The notes below the pieces were generated by a model. That model did no database searches, was not told the origin of the DNA, and was given only the letters and a program-made list of their open reading frames with translations. Below are positions 21,286 through 32,501 of a stretch of 64,000 nt of DNA, piece by piece. Positions within the stretch are counted from its first letter, which is position 1, and each line of letters starts with the position of its first letter. Source of the stretch: an uncultured Chthonomonadaceae bacterium. Its GTDB lineage: Bacteria > Armatimonadota > Chthonomonadetes > Chthonomonadales > Chthonomonadaceae. Both the position numbers and the translations under genes were made by a program. The stretch spans positions 256,001 to 320,000 of the forward strand of contig CAWFQB010000011.1 of the NCBI GenBank assembly GCA_963817895.1, read 5' to 3'.

Positions 21286-22266
21286 TCATCCGTCGCAACG
21301 CCGCTTGCCGCCGATGCTGCGCAATCCATCGAAGGTACCCTGAAAAACGGCTCCGGCAAGGACGGGTTCGCCGCGAAGCAGGGATTTGACAACGCGCCCC
21401 GCGCCGGAAACCAGATACCGCGCCCAGAATTCAGCAGGCAGGCGCTTGCCCTGCGCGCAAGCGCGATTGGCGAAATAATGGACGCGATTGCGAATATCAT
21501 AATATACGCGGTTGGCGGATTGCTTACCGAAACTCGCGCCCACTTTATGGTATACATGGGCAAGCGGGGCGGAAACCACATTCCAGCCCGCTTCCCGCGC
21601 CCTCATGCAGAAATCCACCTCTTCGTGAACCGCGAAAAAGGCCGGGTCAAAACCTTTGACCGCTGCCAGAGCCTGACGCTTAATGGCAAACGCGCAGCCA
21701 TGCGCCGAGTCTACGGCAACGGGAAGGTCGGAGGCGAGAGCGGGTAACACGTCTTCCCGATGGTAGTTCGCCATTTGGGGAACGTTCAAGCGTTGCGGGG
21801 CGCGGATGCCCGCGTATAGAAAATTAGTCGCGGTGTCAGGAATATCGGCGGAATCGTACTTGAAGACGAAGCTGCCGATAACGCCCGTTTTAGCATCCTG
21901 TTCCCCTGCTTCCACAAGGCTGAACAGGCAACAGGGCGCGACGGTAACATCGTTGTTGAGAACGACCACATAGTCCGCGTCGAGCGTGGCCGCGTACTCG
22001 AACCCAACATTGTTGCCCCCGGCGTAGCCAAGATTAGCGCCGGTTTCCAGCACGTCCACGCGGGGACAGGCCGCTCGGATACGCGCAACGGAATCATCGT
22101 CCGAATGGTTGTCAATCACCACAACATGAAAGTTATCGTAGTGAGAGGCGCGAACGGACTCGACACATTCAATTGTATTCGCCCAGCCATTCCAGTTCAG
22201 AATAAGAACAACCACTCTGGGAACGGGTTTGGCAAAGGGCAATGTCGGCGCGGACATGTCTTGCAT
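21286..22266 (-). CDS. Glycosyltransferase family 2
   Basis: ILNWNG, IDNHSDD, NLGYAGGNN, LNND, EEVDFC. Confidence 0.92.
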   Translation of the reverse strand: MQDMSAPTLPFAKPVPRVVVLILNWNGWANTIECVESVRASHYDNFHVVVIDNHSDDDSVARIRAACPRVDVLETGANLGYAGGNNVGFEYAATLDADYVVVLNNDVTVAPCCLFSLVEAGEQDAKTGVIGSFVFKYDSADIPDTATNFLYAGIRAPQRLNVPQMANYHREDVLPALASDLPVAVDSAHGCAFAIKRQALAAVKGFDPAFFAVHEEVDFCMRAREAGWNVVSAPLAHVYHKVGASFGKQSANRVYYDIRNRVHYFANRACAQGKRLPAEFWARYLVSGAGRVVKSLLRGEPVLAGAVFQGTFDGLRSIGGKRRCDG

Positions 22267-22364
22267 TGTTTACCGGTATTTCGGGAGCCGTCAGGCGAAG
22301 AATTGGTCTGCGCCCGAACTCCAATTTCCAATCATCCATCAACGGGAACTGCGGGTATTCGCTA

Positions 22365-23710
22365 CTAAGCCGGGACGCTGCCGCCGCGCGGCACGCGGCG
22401 ATCCACATCGGAAGGCTCAGGGATGAAGAACGTAATTAACAGGGCGGGGATATAGAGGAGGCCCACCCACACCAGCGCCTGATTGAAATCAGCCACTGTC
22501 GTTAGTTTGACGCTTAGACCGAAGATAATTGTTCCCGCCGCTGCGACCAATCTGCCTACATTATAGCAGAAACCCGCGCCGGTTGTGCGTAAAAGAGTGG
22601 GAAACAGGGGCGGAATGTACAGCGGAAACAGCCCGAATACGCCCTGCACGAAGAAATGCGCCAGTGACGCGAAGAAAATGATCTGAATATGATCGTGTGG
22701 AAAGCCATACGCGAGGTACATGGTAATGGCCCCACCAAGAAACATGACGAAAGTGGCTTTGCGATAGCCGAAATACCGCGCTACTGCGGCGGCGAAGAAA
22801 TTGCCGCCGATAGCGACGATGAAACACACAATTTGCGCTTTTGAGATGTAGTCCGTCTGCTCGGCGGGACTCATAATGGCGACATCGGGCAGATGGCGCA
22901 ACTGCTAGCGTGTACCAGAAAATCAAAGCCCAAACAGTTGTCAGCGCGGCGGAGCAGAGTATGATTGTCAATATCGTAATGCGGCGCACTTCGCCTTTGA
23001 ACAGGTCGGAAATAGCCGGGAGTTGGCGTTGTTCCTTCTGCGCCTCATGCCACTCTGTCAGGTTCGGGAATATTACGGCGTATCCAGAAGATAATCAGCG
23101 CGGGAACCACGCCCACAGCAAACACCCATCGTGGGTTGGCATGGGCAAGCGCGATTCCGGTGAGCGACGCGAGCAGAAAGCCTCCCTGATACGCGGATTG
23201 AAGGGTTGCGCTGACCCAGGGACGCCATTTTTTAGGCCAGGTTTCCGACACGAGCGACGAGCCTGCCGCCCACTCGCCGCCGATTCCGAGCGCGGACAAG
23301 AACCGAAACAGCATCAGCGCCGTCCAGGACCAGGCCAGCCCCTGAAAACCCGTGAAAATGGCGTATGTCAGAATAGTCAGGCTGATGGTGCGGCTGCGGC
23401 CATAGCGGTCACCGATACGCCCGAATACCGCGCCCCCAATCGCCCATCCCACCAGAAACGCCGCCTGAATATAGGAAGCGTGGCGGCTGACGGCGGGGTC
23501 TTGTACCTTTGTTGCAAGGAGAGAAGCCACATAAGGCAGGGCAACCAGAATGTAAAGCGAAGTGTCCAGGCCGTCGAACAGCCAACCGAGCCAGGCGGCA
23601 ATGCCGCATTTCCATTGCTGCGGCGACAGGTCGCGCAATCGGGTTACATCCTGCCCATCAGGAACAGATACAGGCGTGTCAATAGAGTCGGAAGTGGGAG
23701 TTGAAGTCAT
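22365..23710 (-). CDS. MFS transporter (frameshifts near 22905 and 23050)
   Basis: WLFDGLD, FGRIGDRYGRSR, RFLSALGIGGEW, FPTLLRTTGAGFCYNVGR. Confidence 0.88.
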
Positions 23711-23975
23711 GGGAGTGGCCTCCATGTGGAGTTGAGTTGATGTGTCAAGCATTATAAGACATTTTGACTTGAAAGTTGTCACATTTACGGGTAAAATTGT
23801 GTTTAATAGAGTAGGGCGGCGCATCAGTGACAATCGGATTTCTCCCGCGCAGGCAGGATCCGGCAGAAGTTACAGTAACATTCGCCACAGCGCCGTAAAA
23901 TCCCTCGTAACATCAGCCTTTTTCTTTATCTGCTCCGCCTCCTGTGCGGCCTTACGTTTTTCAGGAGTTAAATTT

Positions 23976-24870
23976 ATGCGCCGGATTCTGACTCTCGCTT
24001 TGTGCCTTCTGCCCGGTTTTTGCGGCATAGCCGCCCATGCGTCGGGCGAAATCGCCGCCGAGCCGTCCGCCATTACAGCCGGACAATCCTCCACGCTGAA
24101 ATGGTATTTCAACGGGGCGAAAATTACGGTTTCAGGCGGCAGTTTCGCGCCCGGCACACCGATTACGGGCAAGCAAATATTGACCGTGAAGCCGAAAAAA
24201 ACCACGAAGTACCTGTTTGACGTGTATTACCATCCCGAACTGCCCGCCGACAAGCAGGCGACGGGAACCGGCAAACTGACGCATGTGCAGTACACGGTTA
24301 CAGTGGAAGTGCTTGGCCCGATGCCGGGTCTGCTTGCTTATAAAGGGACGCACAACTGGCGAGTGAACTACCAGACGGGCTGGAAGCCGATGACCAATGA
24401 GGGCGCAGGCGATGATCTGGTGTGGTTTCAGGCCGAAGAGGACGCGGTAGATCGGCTGTCAGTGGCGATTGTGCCGCTCAAGGACAAGACGGCGGCGCAG
24501 TTGATGGAGGAGATACGCGCCGATATTCCTTCGCATTACACCCATGCGCAGGTGGTTTCGCAAAACGACGCCACGCAGCAGAGCCTGCCCGGCTCTTGTG
24601 GCGACGTTTACGGGCAACGATCAGGCGCATCCCAACACGCGCACGAGTCTTTGCATAAAAGTGTTCGTAAACGGGGAGCGGGGTTATGTGGTCAGCGCGC
24701 GGACAAGCGCGGAACGATTCAGCGCGCGACGCCCCCTGCTGGAAAACATGGTGAACAGTTTCGCCCTTACCGGCAAAATTATTCCGATCACAGCCAAAGC
24801 GAACAGCGACAGCGCATCCCCGGAAGCCGCGCAGCCGAACAACAAGACCACGCTTACTACGAAACAGTAG
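23976..24870 (+). CDS. Exported hypothetical protein, C-terminal PsbP-like fold possible (frameshift near 24590)
   Basis: AGGAG RBS, signal peptide; continues in ORF 24544-24870 (NGERGYVVSA...LENMVNSF). Confidence 0.6.
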
Positions 24871-24873
24871 GTT

Positions 24874-25090
24874 TTTACCTCACCCCACCCCCTCTCCTTG
24901 CCGCGCAACGCGCTAGGAGAGGGGCTATTGTGTATAAGGCTGAACAAAATAATAGTGGAGTTCTCGCAATTGGGAAAGAACAACGCAGATATCAAGCCCA
25001 TTATGCGCTAATGAACCTCAACTGTAATAGATGAAAAAGCCCCTCTCCTAGCGCGTTGCGCGGCAAGGAGAGGGGGTGGGGTGAGGTAAA
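24874..25090. repeat. REP-like palindrome doublet (CCTCACCCC..CCCCTCTCC family)
   Basis: 53-bp perfect inverted arms (24874-24926/25038-25090) around a 111-bp AT-rich spacer. Confidence 0.92.
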
Positions 25091-25100
25091 CTCACTTTAT

Positions 25101-25536
25101 TTAGATGCCGAAACGTCCGCCGAAGGGCTGCACCTGCGGCAGGTACTGGCGTGTCATGCCTGCCCATTTGGCGGCGAGAGCGGCGGGAGTCGTGCCCTCG
25201 GCTTTCGCGTCGGCGGGCGTCACTTCCAGCAACAGATAGCGTCGCACAACAATTTTATTGCCCATCACTTTGATGTCGGATTTGCGCAGGGCGGGCGCAG
25301 TGGCGCGGGAGAAAATTTCTGTGGCGCGGGCGTCGCATTTCTCGGTACGCATAATGGGCGTATCATTACCCGCGCTCTGCGACAGGCGGAACATTTCAAA
25401 ACCGGAAATAGCCCAGGTTGAGGCGGACTTTATCCGCAACAGGGGCAGTCGTTCCAATGGGCAAAACTTCCTGCGCGGCGGCAGGACGGGCAAAAGCGCA
25501 AACGCCGGCAAGGGCGGCAACAGCAATCCACTTCAT
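25101..25536 (-). CDS. Exported hypothetical protein (frameshift near 25430)
   Basis: AAGGAG RBS, MKWIAVAALAGVCAFARPAAAQ signal peptide; continues as ...LLEVTPADAKAEGTTPAALAAKWA. Confidence 0.6.
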
Positions 25537-26046
25537 GTCGAACTCCTTTCAAACAACTCTCCGAACAACTATGCGGCGGCAATAGTGGGCGGGCATTTCG
25601 GTTCGTACTGACTCACAGACGGCGCGTTGTCCCTGCTGTGTTCCCCGCAAATGAGATTGGAACCGGAAAATTACGCCGGACGGAATATATCAGCCTGCTA
25701 CTGACAAATTTATGGCAAAAACAGGAAATAACGCTGTGGATTAGCGTCACAGACGGCGTGGGAGCGCGTTTCCTGAACTGTACCTGCGCCGGAACGCGGG
25801 ATACGCTCTTCTGAACATCCGAAACCATCCAGGCCACCCGGCATGGTATACGCCCGACGAGATGCGGCATCTCGTCGGGCGCTAATCTTCTGAACCCCGA
25901 ACAACCCTGGCCCGACATCCGTTTGGGAAGACGCGCCTCCTCCCCGTCAGGTTCCCCGAATTGCCGCTTGCCCGCTTTATTTTCTACAATCCCCTAACAT
26001 AACTCCCCCCCTGCGCCCGTCTGAATCATTGGAGGGGCAATTGCGA

Positions 26047-26653
26047 ATGTCCGGCGAAATCAAAGCAATGTTTTCAACAGCGCCGCGCGATGGCGTTGAG
26101 GAGGATACCGAAGAGGCGCGAATGTTGGCGCGGGCGCGGGGAGGCGATCAGGCAGCCATTGGCTGGCTCATTGCCCGTTATCGTCAACGCGCCGTTCGCC
26201 TTGCCGCGCGTATTTTGCGCCGCCCGGACGAAGCCGAAGATGTCGCTCAGGAAGCGTTTATACGCGCCTTCAAAAATCTGCGCGCGTTTCGCGGGGCAGG
26301 GCCGTTTCTACACCTGGCTTTATCAGATTATTGTTCGCCTCTGTCTTGACAGGCAGCGCGTCCGCAGATGGGATGCGGAAGAGTCGCTGGACATGGACGC
26401 GCTTTGCAGAGAAGTGGCGCATCTGCCGATGGAAAGGGTAGATAACCATGTTCTGGTGGAGATGCTGCTGGATCGTCTCAGCCCGCCCATGCGCGCCATG
26501 CTGGTTTTGCGCGAACTCGAGGGTCTGGAATACGAAGAGATTGCCACGATGCTGAATATTCCCGTTGGGCGCGTGAAATGGCGGCTGCACGAGGCGCGGT
26601 CACAGTTTCGGGTTATCTGGGAAGCGGCGATGCGGGAGGTGGATCATGTTTGA
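26047..26653 (+). CDS. ECF RNA polymerase sigma factor (frameshift near 26298)
   Basis: EAEDVAQEAFIRAF; FYTWLYQI; LRELEGLEYEEIA..LNIPVGRVKWRLHEAR. Confidence 0.9.
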
Positions 26654-27098
26654 CAATCGTTTTGAACAGAATTTCGAGCAGGATTTCAAACAGGCGGAAA
26701 ACAGCGACGCGAACCTGGCTCTGCGCGAGGGTCTGTATGATCTGCCCACCCCTGATGTTTCCATGAATTTCGACGCCCGTATTCAATCGGCTCTGCTTCC
26801 GCGTTCCGCGTGGTGGCAAATTCTGTGGGCAACGGCGCGTCCCGCGCTTCCCACGGCTGTCGGAACGCTCATAGTCATGCTGCTGCTCGTAAACGGGGTA
26901 CAAAAATCCTCTGTTGGGACGCCAACATTGTCCTCTGTAATAGAAACTGCTGCCGTCAGACAGCAGCCATTCAACTCTGCTTCTGCCAACCTGCGCGGCA
27001 AAGGGGTGGAAGAAGCGGGGGAGAATATGGATTTGTCGAACGCTTCCCTCTATTTTTTCAGCCGTTCTCCGCGCTCCGCCATGCATAAAAGCGGCTGA
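26646..27098 (+). CDS. Putative single-TM anti-sigma factor
   Basis: Overlaps the ECF stop; P.PDVSMNFDARI motif followed by a TM segment. Confidence 0.6.
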   Translation: MFDNRFEQNFEQDFKQAENSDANLALREGLYDLPTPDVSMNFDARIQSALLPRSAWWQILWATARPALPTAVGTLIVMLLLVNGVQKSSVGTPTLSSVIETAAVRQQPFNSASANLRGKGVEEAGENMDLSNASLYFFSRSPRSAMHKSG

Positions 27099-27111
27099 AG
27101 TTCGGATTCGT

Positions 27112-27243
27112 CAGGGGTTGAGAACCCCTGGCTTAATGGCCTGCGGCCAGGCGTCCTACGGACGCGAATTCATGCTTTACAGATTCCTGCGTCCGAAGGA
27201 CGCTTGGCGGAACGCCATCCAGACGGGTGTTTTCAACACCCGG
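27112..27243. repeat. REP-like doublet (outer GGGGTTGAGAACCCC hairpin + inner GCGTCC..GGACGC hairpin, inverted pair)
   Basis: Hairpins at 27112-27130, 27151-27165, 27189-27203 and 27224-27243; same unit as the MITE interior. Confidence 0.8.
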
Positions 27244-27284
27244 CAAAATATCTCAGGTTGACACGAACTTTACAGGAGTTTGCT

Positions 27285-29265
27285 ATGACTGACGAAACGC
27301 TGGACGAACCGCGTGAAGGTTTTGCCGCCGGATGGATGCGCAAATGGAACATCAGGCTAGCGGGGGCCGCTGTTGGCATTGCCCTTGCGCTGCTCGTCGC
27401 GCCGGGAAGCCGCCGATTGTTTCTGGCCCAATCGCAACTCTGCGTTCCCGTACCCGGAAATGTCGCGTCCATTGCGGGCAGTCAGCTTGGGGTTCGGCCC
27501 GATCCATTCGAGGGCAAACTTGCTATACAGCCTGCCGTTGCGGTTGCCGAACGATACCCGGACGATTTGCAGATACAGATTGCGAAGGCTTCCCTGTCTC
27601 TGCCGGACGATGGCAGTAATTCCTCTCTTGCAAAACTGCGGCGATTGCGCGCGCTGGCAGGCCGCTTTGAAAACAGTCCCTCCCTGTACGCCAACATTCT
27701 GCGCTACGAGGCGCAGGGCGAAATCAGAGTGCATCATAATGTCGAGCAGAAGGCGCTGGGCGGCGAACCCCTGCCTGATGTAGTTCTGCAAAAAGCGCGT
27801 AGTATAGAGGCGCAGGGCGCTTCCGTGCCGGCCTTCGCCGCGTATGACCGGGATGCCGCAGCGGGCGAGCGGCTGGACCCGGACAACGCCTATTTCCCGT
27901 TTATGCGGGCGGTAGGGTTGTTCAGCGCGCGCCGTGACGAGGCCGCGCTGGAAGCGATTGCCCGCGCGTCTCGTAAATCCGCAATGGCGGGAGTACTACA
28001 ACGACGAACTCAAAGGGCAGTGGAAATTGCAGGATGAGGGCTTTGTCAACAATAGCGCGCTGTTTCATTCGGTTTCCGCGATGATGATTTTGTTCCCGGA
28101 GTACGCGCAGATGCGGGCGGCGGCCCGAATAACGATTTTTGAAGCGGTACAGGCGGAACGGGCAGGGGATGTCACAAAGGGGCTGGAACTGCGCGAGAAT
28201 GTCCTTCGATTGGGCAGCCTGATGCGGGTTCAGTCCGCCAGTATCATCGGTTCGCTTGTGGGCAACGCGATCACCGAACTTGCCGATCGCTGGCCGGGTG
28301 GCGAAATCGCTCACAAGTCCGACGCGCTGAACGAAAAGCAGAAGAAAGAGCGTCACCGCCTTCATTTCGACGCTTATCTGCGGCGCATACATGCCGATTC
28401 CGCGATGGCTAAATTTCATGCGGCGCAGCAGTCCGGCGATGAAATGGAGGAGATTGTCCTCGCAGGGATTAAATCGGGGACGTTCAATTATCCGTTTACT
28501 CAATTGACGGCGTGGTGGGTGGCGGATTTGGTGACGCTTTCCAACATCCTGTGGCTGCTGCTGTTGGGCGGAATTGCCACTTTGTGCCTGCGCTATTTGC
28601 GGTTACAAAAGGGCGAGGGACTGCCGAAGTACGCGGGTGGTATTCTGACGCTCGGCGTGATTGGCGGCGGATTGTCCACGCCCCTGCTGTTGCCCGACCT
28701 GTCGCCCTACTTTCAGAAGATCGCTTCGGAAGATCGTAGCTGGATGCTGCTTGTCGGCTGCCTGCCTGTTCTGCTGGCGATGGGCTGTCCGCGCCAACTC
28801 TCCGCGAACGGCTGACGCGCGGTAGGCATCTTCGCCTGTGGCCTGCTGTCCGGCCTTGCCCTGACCGGCTGTTACTTCTGGCAGGCGCATGGCATTACGG
28901 GCATCTCTTCCCTGCAACAAATCTACTATAACCTGTCCGATTCGGGTGACGCAACCGCGCAGAACCTGACCGGAAAATGGTTCTGGTTCACGCCCCTTGT
29001 GTCCCTGCTGATTTTGGTCGGAAGCGCGATTCTCAGCCGCATTGCGCGTGTGCCGCTTTCCATAGGAATGGCACGGGGGTTGCGCGGCCTGATGGTTCCC
29101 GTTGCCGCAATTCTGTTCCTCGTCTACGGCGGCATGTTGCTTTGCACCATACGGGCTGAAGCGGCAGTGGAGTACGGCATACAGCGCACACTGGAGAATC
29201 AGGGCCAATACCTCGCTGCCCTGTCCGGCAAACAGTGGCCGCGTTCTGATGCCGCTAAAAAGTAG
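27285..29265 (+). CDS. Large multi-TM membrane protein of unknown function (frameshifts near 27985 and 28790)
   Basis: AGGAG RBS; three consecutive ORF pieces; LDPDNAYFP TPR-like segment; C-terminal TM helices. Confidence 0.6.
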
Positions 29266-29381
29266 GGTGGGGACACTTTAGCCGCAAATCAACGCGAATA
29301 CACGCGAATGTATACCAAAACAAATGCCTGAACGACATGCGCGTTCAGGCATTTGCTCTCACTCTCACTCTCCACTCTCAC

Positions 29382-30224
29382 TCAGTACGCGATAAACTGC
29401 TCAAGGTACTTCTTGCCGATGAGGAAGCCCTCTTCGCGCTCTACGGCATCGTCCTCATGCTCGATGGAGATAACGCCGTTGTAGCCGTTGCGGCGCAGGG
29501 CGGCGATGTACTCGCCCCATTTGATTTGTCCCAAACCCGGAATCACATAGCGCCACCAGCCGCTGCCCTGATTGCCGACAATGCGCTTGACGTGCGTTTT
29601 TACTTCCGTGTCCTTGCCATGCGTGTGGAAAATGCGATCCGCGAACTTGTCTACGGCTTCGATGTAGTCAATGTCCTGCCACAACAGATGCGAGGGGTCG
29701 AAGTTCAGGCCGAGATTGCTGTGCGGGAGCACTTCAAACAGGCGCGTCCAGTGGGCGAGATTCTGAATGTTGGTGGCTGTCCAGTTTTCCAGCGCGAGGC
29801 TGACGCCCTTATCCGCCGCGTGTTCCAGAATGGGCGGAAACACTTCCAGGCAGTCTTCCTCAATGGTTTTGAACCGATCCTTGCCGTTGGGCGGCAGTCC
29901 CGCCATTGTGGTGACGACGTTGACGCCAAGCAGGGCGGCCGCGTCAATGGCGTTGTTCAGCGTCTGAATGTTGGCGGCGCGTCGGGCCGGATCGCCATCC
30001 GTGACGTTGGTGTACGCGCCCACTGCCGAAATTTGCAGCAGCCGCTTTTCCATCAGGGTCTTGACTTCATCCGCGCGTTCCTGCGTGAAATTGCTGGTAT
30101 CAATGTGCTTGTTTCCCGGCCCCGCCGCGATTTCCAGCCCGCCAAAGCCGTATTCGCCCGCGAACGCGGCCACGATTTCTAGATCTTCCCGACCAAAAGG
30201 GCCGGTTAATATGCCTACGTACAT
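29382..30224 (-). CDS. Sugar phosphate isomerase/epimerase (xylose-isomerase-like TIM barrel)
   Basis: LALEN, NFDPSHL, HTHGKD, ISIEHED; AAGGAG RBS. Confidence 0.9.
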   Translation of the reverse strand: MYVGILTGPFGREDLEIVAAFAGEYGFGGLEIAAGPGNKHIDTSNFTQERADEVKTLMEKRLLQISAVGAYTNVTDGDPARRAANIQTLNNAIDAAALLGVNVVTTMAGLPPNGKDRFKTIEEDCLEVFPPILEHAADKGVSLALENWTATNIQNLAHWTRLFEVLPHSNLGLNFDPSHLLWQDIDYIEAVDKFADRIFHTHGKDTEVKTHVKRIVGNQGSGWWRYVIPGLGQIKWGEYIAALRRNGYNGVISIEHEDDAVEREEGFLIGKKYLEQFIAY

Positions 30225-30237
30225 GTGAAACTCCTTC

Positions 30238-30423
30238 ATTTTGGATTTTAGATTTTGGATTTTGGATTGCTGAGTGAGCAACCCACGTCATGCGGGTACG
30301 TTCACCATTTCTTACTTAACTTCCTGCCCAAATTTATGTCACCTATCCACCAACACGAAAAACAGCCCACGCTATGATAGCGCAGGCTGTTCAATCTAAA
30401 ATCTAAAATCCAAAATCTAAAAT
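30238..30423. repeat. Inverted heptamer arrays (ATTTT(G/A)G)n / (C(T/C)AAAAT)n
   Basis: Arms 30238-30269 and 30392-30423; the loop contains a terminator-like hairpin at 30361-30391. Confidence 0.9.
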
Positions 30424-32330
30424 CACTTGATGCTTGCCGACTGTTTCAGCGGCGCGTCCGACTTGATGGCGAGTTTTTCGGCGTCTTTGGTGTAGGTCAG
30501 GAACGCGATGCACATCTCATCGGTTGTCTGTTCGCCCCAGGTCACATCGCGCGGATGCGCCTTGTTGGGGTTGCGCGGATTTTTGTCCGAGTTGTCGTAG
30601 TAGGCGACCAGATGAACGCGGCTGCCCTTCGGCAACGCGACAGGCTCTTTCAGCTGATAGCTCATCTGCCAGTTGAAGTCCCAATCCTTAATCCAGACCA
30701 GTTGTTTTTCCGTATTATCCGGCAGCGTCGCCCATATCTTCATTTCTCGGCCCAACAGGTGCATGTGCGGCATCACGGTCATCAGGTGGCTGTCTTCCGA
30801 GATGAAGGTGCTGGCCTTGACCTCCTTGCGGTCGTCGCCATACGGCAGTTTGAATCCAAAGTTAATCAGGAAGTTTGAGCGGGCGAGTTTCTCAATCGTG
30901 CCATGCTGGAAATACAGGCCAATTTTTGTCGTGTCGGTTTCCGGCTTGCCGTCCTTGTGGTAATGCACCTGAATAATCAGGTTCGCGCCCTTCGGCAAAA
31001 CGGTTCCGATGCCCGTAGGCAGATCCGTCGGATCGTTGCCCGGCGCCCATCCGCCTAAAAATCCGGTTGCGGCAAAGCCCGGCCCGCCGCCCGATGCTGT
31101 GAAGCCCGGTTCGCCGTCCTTGTCCTGTCCCTCCATCTTATCGGTCAGGTGATTGGCGTCAATGTAGTTGATAACGTGATGCACCACGCGCCGGTTGCCC
31201 GGACGGCACTCTATCGCCCGCAGCCACACATCGGTCGGGAAATTAGTTTTCACGATGAAGTTGCGGTACACGTCTTCGCCGTCCGCGCTGAGATGATACT
31301 CTTTTTCGGGCTGTAACGCAATATCGGGCGTACCCAACTGCCAGCCGTCCGCGAACTTGCCGGGAGCGGGCAGTTCCGCCGTTTTTCCCATCGGCGTCCC
31401 GTTATCGGCCCAACTCGCGAGAATGGTTTTTTCCTTATCGGAAAGCGTATGCGCGGCAACGTCCTTGAACTCGCCGTAACCGGGTGTGGGCTTCCAGGGC
31501 GGCATTTGCCCGTTCTGCGTGTAGCGCTTGATGTCGGCAGACCACGCTTTGGCCTGCTTGTAGTCGTTGAGCGTGAACGGCGCGACTTCTCCGGCTCGGT
31601 GGCAGCTTTCGCATTTGGCGCGCAGGATAGGGGCCACGTCATGCGCGTAGGTGGGAACATTGGCGGCAACGACAGCGACGGTTTTGCTGTCGCGACGGAT
31701 GGCGCAGCCGAACGCAAGTTGCGTGGGGTGCGCCACGTCTTTGCCATTTACAAGCGCGGTCAGCGTTTCGGCAAGGTCATGTTGTGTCACGCGGGTCGCA
31801 ATGGCGTTATCATCAATGCGTCCCCGATAACGAACCACGCCCTGCGCGTCCACAACAATCGCTTCGGGCGTCATTTTCGCGCCGAGCGCGTCGGTCAAGC
31901 GGCACTGCGCGTCCCGAACAACGGGAATGGCGACTTTTCTGGTTCTGACATCTTTCGTCACCTCCAGAAGGCTCTCGTGGCTGTCGGGATATACGGCAAA
32001 CATCGCGACGCCCTGTTTGGCGTATTCTGCCGCAAGCGCGTTGACGCGGGGCATGTACACGTTACAGACCGGACACTGGCACGAGACGAACAGAAACACG
32101 GTTGCCTTGTGATGGCTCAAGTCCGCGCCCGTATACGCTGTGCCGCTGATGTCGCTGAAGTTGAGAGCGTTGAGGACGCTGGCTTTGCCCGCAGGAGTGG
32201 ACGCCTTGCCCGCGCGAACGCTCTTTTCGCCCGCTTCGACGCGGCTGCTCCACGTCACCGCGCCGACCAGAGCCAATGCGCCGAGTCCACAAAGAACGCG
32301 ATTAGCGCGGTTTAGAATGTGTGTTTTCAT
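30423..32330 (-). CDS. Exported redoxin + cytochrome c + copper type II ascorbate-dependent monooxygenase-like fusion
   Basis: CQCPVC redoxin with YRGRIDD; CESCH heme motif; VVHHV, HYH, PHMHLLG and EMC copper ligands. Confidence 0.8.
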   Translation of the reverse strand: MKTHILNRANRVLCGLGALALVGAVTWSSRVEAGEKSVRAGKASTPAGKASVLNALNFSDISGTAYTGADLSHHKATVFLFVSCQCPVCNVYMPRVNALAAEYAKQGVAMFAVYPDSHESLLEVTKDVRTRKVAIPVVRDAQCRLTDALGAKMTPEAIVVDAQGVVRYRGRIDDNAIATRVTQHDLAETLTALVNGKDVAHPTQLAFGCAIRRDSKTVAVVAANVPTYAHDVAPILRAKCESCHRAGEVAPFTLNDYKQAKAWSADIKRYTQNGQMPPWKPTPGYGEFKDVAAHTLSDKEKTILASWADNGTPMGKTAELPAPGKFADGWQLGTPDIALQPEKEYHLSADGEDVYRNFIVKTNFPTDVWLRAIECRPGNRRVVHHVINYIDANHLTDKMEGQDKDGEPGFTASGGGPGFAATGFLGGWAPGNDPTDLPTGIGTVLPKGANLIIQVHYHKDGKPETDTTKIGLYFQHGTIEKLARSNFLINFGFKLPYGDDRKEVKASTFISEDSHLMTVMPHMHLLGREMKIWATLPDNTEKQLVWIKDWDFNWQMSYQLKEPVALPKGSRVHLVAYYDNSDKNPRNPNKAHPRDVTWGEQTTDEMCIAFLTYTKDAEKLAIKSDAPLKQSASIK

Positions 32331-32501
32331 GCAAATCCTCATGATGGATCAGAAGTTAAGCGCGCCGAAAAGTGCTATGATCCGCGCTCGACGGCCTGAG
32401 AAAAGGAGACGCGCGGTTGTCGCGTTCCAGAGGTTGGAGTATATTCGTACTCCCTGATATATTATACGTTCCAAACCACTATCATTGACCGCATTTTCGC
32501 G

